A model generated the notes under the pieces. The model worked only from the letters and a program-made list of their open reading frames with translations, searched no databases and had not been told where the DNA came from. The translations under genes were made by a program, and so were the position numbers. A stretch of 64,000 bases of DNA from an uncultured Eubacteriales bacterium (GTDB lineage Bacteria > Bacillota > Clostridia > Christensenellales > CAG-138), in the NCBI GenBank assembly GCA_900318765.1, contig ONLX01000015.1, positions 5,955-69,954 on the forward strand, read 5' to 3'. Below are positions 10,039 to 18,047 of this stretch, in pieces (position 1 is the stretch's first letter; each line of letters starts with the position of its first letter).

Positions 10039-11368
10039 AGGCATTGCTTCCAAATTGCAGAATATCTTTAAAAAGCTCACCGGAAAAGGGCGTTTGTCCG
10101 AACGCGAAGTGCGTGATGCCATGCGGGAGATCAAGCTTGCTCTTTTGGAGGCTGACGTCAACTTCCGCGTCGTAAAGGATTTTATCAAAACGGTTGAAGC
10201 GCGTGCCGTCGGAGCGGACGTTTTGGAAAGTTTAACGCCCGGTCAGATGATCATCAAGATCGTCAATGAAGAACTGACGAATCTGATGGGCAGCACCAAC
10301 GCGAAATTGGAGTTCGGTTCCAAAAAACCGGCAGTTATCCTGATGGCCGGTTTGCAGGGCGCCGGCAAAACGACGATGTGCGGAAAGCTCGCTTCCTTAA
10401 TTAAAAAGCAGTATGGGAAGAATGTACTTCTTTGCGCATGCGATATTTACCGTCCGGCTGCGATCGAACAATTGAAAGTGGTCGGAGCAAAAGCCGAAGC
10501 CCCTGTCTTCGAAAAAGGGACGCAAAAGCCGGAAAAAACGGTCCTCGAAGCGATCGACTATGCGAAGTCTCGCTTTATGGACGTAGTCATTGTGGATACC
10601 GCAGGTCGCTTGCACATTGACGACGATATGATGGACGAATTGAAGCGGGTTCGCGATGCCTGTGATCCTGCAGAGATTTTGCTTGTTATCGACGCAATGA
10701 CCGGTCAGGACGCTGTGAATGCTGCCAAAGCTTTTGATGAAGCCGTTCCGTTGACCGGTGTCATCATTACCAAATTGGATGGCGATACGAGAGGCGGCGC
10801 CGCGCTGTCGGTTCGCGCCGTGACTGGGAAGCCGATCAAGTTCGCGGGAACAGGCGAGAAGATGACGGATCTTGAACCGTTCCACCCGGACCGTATGGCA
10901 AGCCGAATCCTCGGTATGGGCGATGTTCTGACGCTGATTGAGAAAGCAGAGAAGGCTTTTGATGAAAAGAAGGCAAAGGAACTCGAGCAGAAAATGCGTT
11001 CCAATGCTTTTACGCTCAACGACTTTCTCGATCAGATGGAGCAGATGAAGGATATGGGCTCCATGGAGGAGATCATGGGGATGATCCCCGGAATGAGCGG
11101 AAAGATGGGGAACGTCGTCGTGGATGAAAAAGCGATGGGACGAACAAAGGCCATCATTCAGGCAATGACTCCGAAGGAACGGGAGAATCCGGATATTCTG
11201 AATGCATCCCGCCGTCGCAGAATAGCCCGCGGAAGCGGAACTCAGATTCAGGATGTGAATCGCTTGATCAATCAGTTTGATCAAAGCCGGAAACTGATGA
11301 AGCAGCTGACCGGCGGTAAGCTCGGGAAGAAGATGAAAAAGCGCGGCGGCTTCCCATTTTCGTTTTAA
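10028..11368 (+). CDS. ffh: Signal recognition particle protein Ffh
   Basis: N and G domains with [14 protein letters not shown] and [10 protein letters not shown], followed by a Met-rich M domain. Confidence 0.97.
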   Translation: MAFEGIASKLQNIFKKLTGKGRLSEREVRDAMREIKLALLEADVNFRVVKDFIKTVEARAVGADVLESLTPGQMIIKIVNEELTNLMGSTNAKLEFGSKKPAVILMAGLQGAGKTTMCGKLASLIKKQYGKNVLLCACDIYRPAAIEQLKVVGAKAEAPVFEKGTQKPEKTVLEAIDYAKSRFMDVVIVDTAGRLHIDDDMMDELKRVRDACDPAEILLVIDAMTGQDAVNAAKAFDEAVPLTGVIITKLDGDTRGGAALSVRAVTGKPIKFAGTGEKMTDLEPFHPDRMASRILGMGDVLTLIEKAEKAFDEKKAKELEQKMRSNAFTLNDFLDQMEQMKDMGSMEEIMGMIPGMSGKMGNVVVDEKAMGRTKAIIQAMTPKERENPDILNASRRRRIARGSGTQIQDVNRLINQFDQSRKLMKQLTGGKLGKKMKKRGGFPFSF

Positions 11369-11436
11369 ACCTTGGACGATCACGGCACAGCCGTTTTCGA
11401 ACATACATCAGAAATTATAAATGGAGGAATCAAACC

Positions 11437-11679
11437 ATGTTGAAAATCAGACTCAGAAGAATGGGCGCGAAGAAGCAGCCTTTCTACCGTATTGTAGTAG
11501 CGGATTCCCGCGCACCGCGTGATGGCGCATTCGTTGAGGAAATCGGTTATTACAATCCTGTCACCGAGCCGGCAGAACTGAAGGTCAACAATGACCGTGC
11601 CAAGGAATGGATGAAGAATGGCGCTCAGCCGACCGACACCGTCCGCGGTTTGCTCAAGAAGTCCGGCGCGATCGATTGA
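11437..11679 (+). CDS. rpsP: 30S ribosomal protein S16
   Basis: [30 protein letters not shown] is a canonical S16 N-terminus, preceded by a GGAGG RBS. Confidence 0.97.
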   Translation: MLKIRLRRMGAKKQPFYRIVVADSRAPRDGAFVEEIGYYNPVTEPAELKVNNDRAKEWMKNGAQPTDTVRGLLKKSGAID

Positions 11680-11694
11680 TCGTGAGGGCATTGC

Positions 11695-11922
11695 ATGGAT
11701 AAACTTGTTGAAATGATCGCCAAAAGCCTTGTCGATCATCCGGAAGCTGTTCGGGTGGAGAAGCGGGAGGAAGAGGACCGCGTGGTCATCGAGCTCTCCG
11801 TGGATCCTTCCGATACCGGCAAGGTGATCGGGAAGTCCGGCAGAATCGCTAAGGCTATCCGTACCGTCGTAAAAGCCGCTTCGATCAACGATGAGAAGCG
11901 CGTCGTTGTGGATATTCTGTGA
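11695..11922 (+). CDS. khpA: KH-domain RNA-binding protein (YlqC/KhpA family)
   Basis: KH motif VIGKSGRIAKAIRTVV in a 75 aa protein. Conserved position between rpsP and rimM. Confidence 0.85.
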   Translation: MDKLVEMIAKSLVDHPEAVRVEKREEEDRVVIELSVDPSDTGKVIGKSGRIAKAIRTVVKAASINDEKRVVVDIL

Positions 11923-12440
11923 GCAACATGTATTATCGGATCGGGGAAATCGCCCGTCCGCACGGCGTTCATGGCGCCGTCAAGGTGAATCCGACGACCG
12001 ATGACAGCCGTCGGTTTCGCGGCCTTGAACATGCCTATCTGGAAATGCACGGGAATACGTATGTTCCCGTGCAGATTTCGGTTTCTTCGATTGTCGAAAA
12101 CAGTGTAATCCTTTCGATTGAAGGATATGAGACCCCGGAACAGGCAAACTTGCTGCGCGGGAAATATCTCTGTGTGGATCGTGCGCATGCCGTATCACTT
12201 CCGGCCTATACGTATTTTGTGGCGGATCTGATCGGCTGTTCGGCTTCCGATACGGATGGGAATTCTTACGGAACGGTTACCGATGTTTTGGAGACCGGCG
12301 CGAATGACGTCTATGAAATCGAGCACGGCAAACTCCTGGTTCCTGCTTTGAAACGGGTGCTGGATACGGTGGATGTAGAAGAGAAGCGTATCGTTTTCAA
12401 AGCAGACGTTCTGAAGGAGGTCGGACTCTTTGAAGATTGA
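11919..12440 (+). CDS. rimM: 16S rRNA processing protein RimM
   Basis: IGEIARPHGVHGAVKV, the PRC barrel C-terminus and conserved synteny. The start is GTG at 11919 (overlapping the khpA stop) or ATG at 11928. Confidence 0.9.
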   Translation: MSNMYYRIGEIARPHGVHGAVKVNPTTDDSRRFRGLEHAYLEMHGNTYVPVQISVSSIVENSVILSIEGYETPEQANLLRGKYLCVDRAHAVSLPAYTYFVADLIGCSASDTDGNSYGTVTDVLETGANDVYEIEHGKLLVPALKRVLDTVDVEEKRIVFKADVLKEVGLFED

Positions 12441-13119
12441 TATCTTAACGCTGTTTCCGGAAATGTTCACCGGCGTTTTCGGCTCCAGTATGCTTGGCAG
12501 GGCCCAGGCAAACGGACTGTTGGAAATCCACACGCACAACATTCGCGATTATGCCGACAATAAGCATCGAAAAACGGATGATTATCCGTTTGGCGGCGGT
12601 GCGGGAATGGTGATGATGGCACAGCCGATCTTTGATTGCATGGAAGCCGTTCAAGGCGATGCGCCTGCGCATCGAATCCTGCTGACTCCGCGCGGGCAAC
12701 TGCTGACGGCGAAAAGAGCCCAGGAACTTGCAAAGGAAGAACGGTTGATCCTGCTCTGCGGTCATTATGAAGGCGTCGATGAACGCGTCAACACCATCAT
12801 TGACGAAGAACTGTCCATCGGTGACTATGTTCTGACCGGCGGCGAATTGCCTGCGATGGTATTGGTTGATTGTCTGTCACGGTTTATTCCCGGCGTGCTT
12901 GGCAGTGAAGAGAGCGTGCTCGATGAGTCGCATGCGGACGGACTTCTGGAATATCCGCAGTATACGCGTCCGGCCGACTTTCGCGGAATGATCGTTCCGG
13001 AAATTTTGCAGAACGGTCATCATGCGAAGATTCAAAAGTGGCGTCATGAACAGGCACTCTTGAAGACCAAACAAATGCGTCCGATTTTACTCGGCCATTT
13101 CGGAAAGTTTCAAAAATAA
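12430..13119 (+). CDS. trmD: tRNA (guanine37-N1)-methyltransferase TrmD
   Basis: MKIDILTLFPEMF, DDYPFGGGAGMVM and LLCGHYEGVDERV. The TTG start overlaps the rimM stop. Confidence 0.95.
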   Translation: MKIDILTLFPEMFTGVFGSSMLGRAQANGLLEIHTHNIRDYADNKHRKTDDYPFGGGAGMVMMAQPIFDCMEAVQGDAPAHRILLTPRGQLLTAKRAQELAKEERLILLCGHYEGVDERVNTIIDEELSIGDYVLTGGELPAMVLVDCLSRFIPGVLGSEESVLDESHADGLLEYPQYTRPADFRGMIVPEILQNGHHAKIQKWRHEQALLKTKQMRPILLGHFGKFQK

Positions 13120-13122
13120 GTC

Positions 13123-13151
13123 TTGCAATTCGGCATGTTCTATGGTATAAT
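13123..13151 (+). promoter_or_regulatory. SigA-type promoter with extended -10 upstream of rplS
   Basis: TTGCAA (13123-13128), a 17 nt spacer, then TGgTATAAT (13143-13151). It carries the same CTATGGTATAAT block as the rimP promoter. Confidence 0.55.
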
Positions 13152-13231
13152 GCCGCTTGCGACATCGGGCGGTCCGCCGGAAGTTGCTCCGTGAACGTCT
13201 GTGAATATCATTCAAAAGGAGAAAATCAATC
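13152..13231 (+). promoter_or_regulatory. Structured 5' leader of rplS; candidate L19 autoregulatory leader
   Basis: An ~80 nt GC-rich leader lies between the promoter and the rplS RBS. It could form a GCGAC...GUUGC helix enclosing GGCG-GUC-CGCC. Assignment to the L19 leader class known in low-GC Gram-positives is unverified. Confidence 0.3.
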
Positions 13232-13588
13232 ATGTCTGACATCATTCGTGAACTCGAAAAAGAACAGCTTCGCAACGATCTGCCTGAACTCGAAATCGGC
13301 GATACCGTCCGTGTTTTCGTGAAGGTCGTTGAAGGCAACCGTGAGCGTCTTCAGAACTTTGAAGGCATCGTCATCAAAATTCAGGGCGGCGGCATCCGCA
13401 AGTCCTTTACAGTTCGTCGTATGTCCTATGGCATCGGCGTAGAGCGTACTTTCCCGTACAACAGCCCGCGTATTGGCCGGATCGAAGTCCTTCGTCACGG
13501 CGTTGTTCGCAGAGCAAAGCTCTATTATCTGCGTGACAGAAGCGGTAAGGCTGCGAAGATTCGCGAGCGCATCGACGAGAAGAAATAA
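13232..13588 (+). CDS. rplS: 50S ribosomal protein L19
   Basis: The [26 protein letters not shown] and [16 protein letters not shown] motifs, with an AAAGGAG RBS. Confidence 0.97.
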   Translation: MSDIIRELEKEQLRNDLPELEIGDTVRVFVKVVEGNRERLQNFEGIVIKIQGGGIRKSFTVRRMSYGIGVERTFPYNSPRIGRIEVLRHGVVRRAKLYYLRDRSGKAAKIRERIDEKK

Positions 13589-13605
13589 GTCCACTAGTAT
13601 TTGTG

Positions 13606-13640
13606 CAACGACCTTTCGATTCGAAGGGTCGTTGTTTTTT
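13606..13640 (+). terminator. Rho-independent terminator after rplS
   Basis: A 13 bp stem, CAACGACCTTTCG / CGAAGGGTCGTTG (one G-U pair), with a 3 nt loop, followed by TTTTTT. Confidence 0.85.
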
Positions 13641-13774
13641 GCATGATTTTACGTTTTTTCTCCGTTTTCGTAACATTTGGGGGGTTCCCTTTTCCAAACT
13701 TTTCGTGCATAATATAGGAAGAAATCCCGAACAGGGGTTTTGCTTTGCGTAGGAATCGACGCAGGAGGGCAGAT

Positions 13775-14659
13775 ATGAATCAAATCAATTGGTATCCGGG
13801 GCATATGGCAAAAGCACGACGACAGCTATCGGAGCAGCTGAAACGGATCGACGTTGTCGTGGAAATCGTCGATGCACGAGCGCCGCGCGCATCCCGGAAT
13901 CCGGATTTTGATGACTTGTTTGCGGGTAAAACGCGAATCGTGCTTTTGAACAAGAGTGATCTTGCGGATGATCACGTTTCCGAGGAATGGATTCAATATT
14001 TTCGAAGCCGGGGAATTCTCTCCGGGAAAATCGTCTCGACTTCTTCCGGAGGAAAGACGCTTGCAACTCGCCTGATATCCGAATCCACAAAAAGTGAAGT
14101 GGAACGCATGAAAGCAAAGGGCGTTCAAAAAACGGTGCGGGCATTGGTTGTCGGAATACCGAATGTAGGGAAATCGACGTTCATCAATCGGATCGCGGGG
14201 GAGTCGCGGACCAAAGTCGGAGATCGCCCCGGAGTTACAAAGGGAACGCAATGGGTTCGCGTAACACCCTATCTGGAGCTGCTCGATTCACCGGGTTTGC
14301 TCTGGCCGAAGCTTGAAGATCAGACAGCGGCCCGTCATCTTGCCTTCCTCGGCTCGATCAATGATGAAATACTTGAGCTTGAGGAGCTTGCTTTGCAATT
14401 GCTGCAAGAGCTTCGGAACCTTTGTCCGGAAGAACTGTCAGCCCGATATAAAAAAATCGATCGCGAAACACCGGATGAGAATCTTTTGCATGCAGTCTGC
14501 CAAAGTCGCGGATTTTTGATCAAAGGCGGCGAGCTTGATACGGAACGTGCAGCGCGGGTTTTGTTGGACGAGTTCCGCGGTGGAAAGATCGCACATGTTA
14601 CGCTGGAGCGACCGATTGCCAAGGAAGATGAGGCGGAACGTTATGGCGCAAAAGAATGA
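13775..14659 (+). CDS. rbgA: Ribosome biogenesis GTPase A (YlqF/RbgA)
   Basis: INWYPGHMAKA, with the circularly permuted GTPase motif order NKSDL before GIPNVGKST. ATG at 13775 follows GGAGGG. Confidence 0.92.
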   Translation: MNQINWYPGHMAKARRQLSEQLKRIDVVVEIVDARAPRASRNPDFDDLFAGKTRIVLLNKSDLADDHVSEEWIQYFRSRGILSGKIVSTSSGGKTLATRLISESTKSEVERMKAKGVQKTVRALVVGIPNVGKSTFINRIAGESRTKVGDRPGVTKGTQWVRVTPYLELLDSPGLLWPKLEDQTAARHLAFLGSINDEILELEELALQLLQELRNLCPEELSARYKKIDRETPDENLLHAVCQSRGFLIKGGELDTERAARVLLDEFRGGKIAHVTLERPIAKEDEAERYGAKE

Positions 14660-15278
14660 ACAGGAGCGGCTTCTTACCATTTCTCGGATCGATCGGGAAT
14701 TCTGGGCGCAGGACGGGATCGTTCTTGCCGGTATGGATGAAGTCGGAAGAGGACCGCTTGCGGGACCCGTTGTTGTTGCATGCGTCGTTATGCCGCCCGA
14801 ACCGTTGATCCCGTATATCAATGATTCCAAAAAGGTATCGGAGAAACGGCGTGAAATGCTTTATGAGCAGATTCTTCACACGGCCGTGGAGGTTCAGACT
14901 GCCTGGATCGAGCCGGATGTGATCGATCGAATCAACATCCTGGAGGCAACCAAGTTGGCTTTTGCGGATGCCTTTGCCAAAATGCAAACGCCTGTTACGG
15001 ACGTCATGATTGATGCGTTAACGGGATTGAATATCGCTGCGCGGCAGCATCCGCTCATTCACGGCGATGCGCTTTGTTACTCCATAGCGGCCGCATCGAT
15101 CGTAGCGAAGGTGGAACGGGATCACTACATGATTGAGCAGGACAAGCTGTATCCGCAATATGGTTTTGCTCGGAACAAAGGCTACGGAACGCAGGAGCAT
15201 ATGAACGCCATCCGCGAATTCGGAATGACTCCGATTCACAGAAGGTCGTTTTTGAAAAAGTTTTATGAGAACAATTGA
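14643..15278 (+). CDS. rnhB: Ribonuclease HII
   Basis: GMDEVGRGPLAGPVV, DSKK and SIAAASIVAKVERD motifs. ATG at 14643 overlaps the end of rbgA. Confidence 0.93.
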   Translation: MAQKNEQERLLTISRIDREFWAQDGIVLAGMDEVGRGPLAGPVVVACVVMPPEPLIPYINDSKKVSEKRREMLYEQILHTAVEVQTAWIEPDVIDRINILEATKLAFADAFAKMQTPVTDVMIDALTGLNIAARQHPLIHGDALCYSIAAASIVAKVERDHYMIEQDKLYPQYGFARNKGYGTQEHMNAIREFGMTPIHRRSFLKKFYENN

Positions 15279-15615
15279 CGCGGGGAAACGCGGGGAAGAG
15301 ATTGCCGAAAAAGCGTTGCATAAGGCGGGAATGAAGACGCTTGCGCGCAATTACCGATTCGGGCATTGCGAGTTGGATCTTGTCATGCAGGAACGGAAAA
15401 CCGGAACAATTGTTTTTGTGGAAGTGAAAGCAAGAAGCAAAGATACCGTTGCGTTTCCGCGTCAGTCCGTTACCTGGAAGAAGCAACAGAATCTTCGCAA
15501 GGCCGCGCTTGGGTACTGCGCCGAAAACGGTCTGACAGAACAACCCTGTCGATTTGACGTTGTGGAAGTTTGGCTCGACGACGCGCATGTCGAACAGTTT
15601 GAAAACGCATTTTAA
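15265..15615 (+). CDS. yraN: YraN-family (UPF0102) endonuclease-like protein
   Basis: KRGEEIAEKALHKAGMKTLARNYR..GELDLV....TIVFVEVKARS matches the YraN family. Conserved position after rnhB. Confidence 0.88.
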   Translation: MRTIDAGKRGEEIAEKALHKAGMKTLARNYRFGHCELDLVMQERKTGTIVFVEVKARSKDTVAFPRQSVTWKKQQNLRKAALGYCAENGLTEQPCRFDVVEVWLDDAHVEQFENAF

Positions 15616-15641
15616 GTACAGAACAGTCGGAGGAAGAGATT

Positions 15642-18047
15642 TTGAAAAGAAGATCGTATGCAGCCATTCTTACGTTGATGCTTTGCGCTGTAATACTGAT
15701 CGGCTGTGCCGGCTCCAATGGAGTATCGAAGGAATCATTTGATTTTCGGGAGTGTTCCGAGGACGGACTTCCGATCGGATGGAGCGTCGTTTCTTATGAG
15801 AACAGCTCTTCCGTAACCTGCGAAGACGGCGTGGTTACGATTGCTTCGGATACGTTGAATGACTGTCGGCTCGTGCATGACATCCCTGTTGCGGCAAGCA
15901 CGCGCTATGTTCTCCGGGCCGAGCTATGCACGGAAGGCGTTTCAGACGGAGAAGGCGCAACGCTGTCGATCGATAATTACAGCATTGACGGCAGCTATCT
16001 GTATTCCAACGGCGTTTACGGAACAAACGATTGGGAAACCGTCACGCTGGCATTTGAAACGGCAAAGTCTCAGGAGTCCGTTCGGATTGCGCTGCGACTC
16101 GGCGGGTATTCAAGCGTTTCCGAGGGCGTCGCCCGGTTTCGCAACATCACCGTCGAAAAAAGCGACAGCGCACCGGTTCCGTTTCAAAAGCTTGCAACAC
16201 GCTCTTCGCAAACCAAAGCGTCCGAAAAGGCAGAGGGTTCCTATGAAGCGTTATTCTCTCTGATCGCCTGGTCGACGATTTTTGCGGCGGCAGCGCTTCT
16301 TTATGGCATCTATCGGCATTTCGATTCTCTGCAAGCAGCTTCACTTCCAAAGCGCACCGGATATGCGATCTTTGCCGCAGTTGTCCTCATCGGATTCGTC
16401 ATCCGATTGCTTCTTTGCAGCGTTTATCAAGGTCATGCGACCGATATGAGCTGCTGGATCGCATGGGGAAATCAGATCGCGAACGGCGGTTTTGCGACGT
16501 TCTATGATGGAACATGGTACGATTACCCGCCGGGATATATGCTGATCCTCGGTGGGATGCAGACTCTGATGCGCGTTCTGCACGTTGCGGATTGGGAAAG
16601 CGAAACGCTTCGTTTGTTCTGGTATATGCTGCCTGCATTTTTGGCGGATATCGGATGCGGACTTTTGATTCTTCGATTCTGCAAAGAACAGGATTGCCCG
16701 GATGCAATAGGTCTGACGCTTGCCGGATTGATCGTACTGAACCCTGCGGTATTCTTCCTATCCGGGGCATGGGGACAGATTGATTCGATCCTGACGCTGT
16801 TCCTTTTGCTTTCCTTTGAAGCGCTTCGCAAAGATCGACGTATTCTGTGCGGAATCTGGTTTGCGATCGCGGTACTGATCAAATGGCAGGCATTGATTTA
16901 CGGTCCGGTTCTTGCCATCGTTTATATCGCTACGCTTGCAACGCAAAAGGATCGGAGATTGCAAAGAACGGATCTGATCAAGTCGGTTGTCGCAGTCGCA
17001 TCTTCGCTGCTGCTGATCTTTTTGGTATCTCTGCCGTTTCGCGGAACGATGTCTCCTTTTTGGATCGTGGAACGCTTCTTCAAAGCGTCCTCCGGTTATG
17101 ACTATGCCACGGTGGAGGGGTACAATTTCTTTGCGCTGCTCGGCGCGAATTGGACACGTGCGGATGCGGATTTGTTCCGCGGAGCTTCTGCAGGCGGTGC
17201 GCTCCTGAACGCGCTCAGCACGGCCGGAAAGCTTGTTTTTCCGACAGCGATCGTTTGGATCGGCTTCGAATCGGTGCGGGATTTTAAAACTCGCAACGGG
17301 ATCGGATCCTACCTGACATTGGGCTTTATGGCGTTGGCATTCGGAATCATTCAGCTGATCACATTTGCATTCCCGGAAGCCGAATCCTTCTACTGGGTTT
17401 TGCTTGGAACGGTCGGTGTGCTCGGAATGATCGGATGGTTGCTGCAGAATGCGAAGCTGTCCGAGCTGAAAACATTCTTATCGACAAACGACAGCGCGTT
17501 CTATGGTTCGGTGATCGGGCTCCTCGGTCTTATCCTTCCGATTGGCTGCTGGATTCTTTGGCTGATCGGTAAACTGCTCCCGCAGGGGTTTACCTTCAAG
17601 ATGTTCGGGATCATTGCGATTGTTGCTGCGCTTGGCGGGGTCATCTGGATGGTTTTCCGGTATACTCGTGCGGACAGAATGCATGAACGCGATCCGGAAG
17701 TATTGTACCTGACTGCGGCATGCTTTATGCTCTGGGTGTTTACGTTCGGACATTATATGCATGAGCGCTATGTTTTTCCGGTCTTGATTCTGCTGCTGTT
17801 CGCTTATGCGGGCAGTAAGGATAAGCGGATTTTGCTTGCAGCGCTGCTGCTGAGCGTTACGACATTCTTGAATGAGCAGGTCGCCATGTACGTTGTTTCG
17901 GACGGCGCGATCGACGCCATCCGCGGAGGAGAACGACACAATCATTTTCTCGCGGTCTGTTCGGCATTGGAGGTTCTCTCAACCTTCTATCTGACGACAG
18001 CCGTGGTTCGTAAGGAGATCGCACTTGGGAAAGGAGTGAAGGCATGA
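15642..18047 (+). CDS. Large GT-C-fold membrane glycosyltransferase-like protein with a lipobox signal and an N-terminal CBM-like beta-sandwich domain
   Basis: TTG start after GGAGGAAGAG. The signal peptide ends in the lipobox LIGC (Cys22). A soluble ~160 aa region (GWSVVSYEN...NDWETVTLAFE...RFRNITVEK) resembles CBM4/9-type jelly rolls. It is followed by many TM helices and a first-loop motif, HATDMSCWIAWGN...YDYPPGYMLILG...AWGQIDS, typical of polyprenyl-phosphate-dependent GT-C enzymes (PMT_2 / PIG-V / DUF2029-like). The exact family is unresolved. Confidence 0.7.
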   Translation: MKRRSYAAILTLMLCAVILIGCAGSNGVSKESFDFRECSEDGLPIGWSVVSYENSSSVTCEDGVVTIASDTLNDCRLVHDIPVAASTRYVLRAELCTEGVSDGEGATLSIDNYSIDGSYLYSNGVYGTNDWETVTLAFETAKSQESVRIALRLGGYSSVSEGVARFRNITVEKSDSAPVPFQKLATRSSQTKASEKAEGSYEALFSLIAWSTIFAAAALLYGIYRHFDSLQAASLPKRTGYAIFAAVVLIGFVIRLLLCSVYQGHATDMSCWIAWGNQIANGGFATFYDGTWYDYPPGYMLILGGMQTLMRVLHVADWESETLRLFWYMLPAFLADIGCGLLILRFCKEQDCPDAIGLTLAGLIVLNPAVFFLSGAWGQIDSILTLFLLLSFEALRKDRRILCGIWFAIAVLIKWQALIYGPVLAIVYIATLATQKDRRLQRTDLIKSVVAVASSLLLIFLVSLPFRGTMSPFWIVERFFKASSGYDYATVEGYNFFALLGANWTRADADLFRGASAGGALLNALSTAGKLVFPTAIVWIGFESVRDFKTRNGIGSYLTLGFMALAFGIIQLITFAFPEAESFYWVLLGTVGVLGMIGWLLQNAKLSELKTFLSTNDSAFYGSVIGLLGLILPIGCWILWLIGKLLPQGFTFKMFGIIAIVAALGGVIWMVFRYTRADRMHERDPEVLYLTAACFMLWVFTFGHYMHERYVFPVLILLLFAYAGSKDKRILLAALLLSVTTFLNEQVAMYVVSDGAIDAIRGGERHNHFLAVCSALEVLSTFYLTTAVVRKEIALGKGVKA

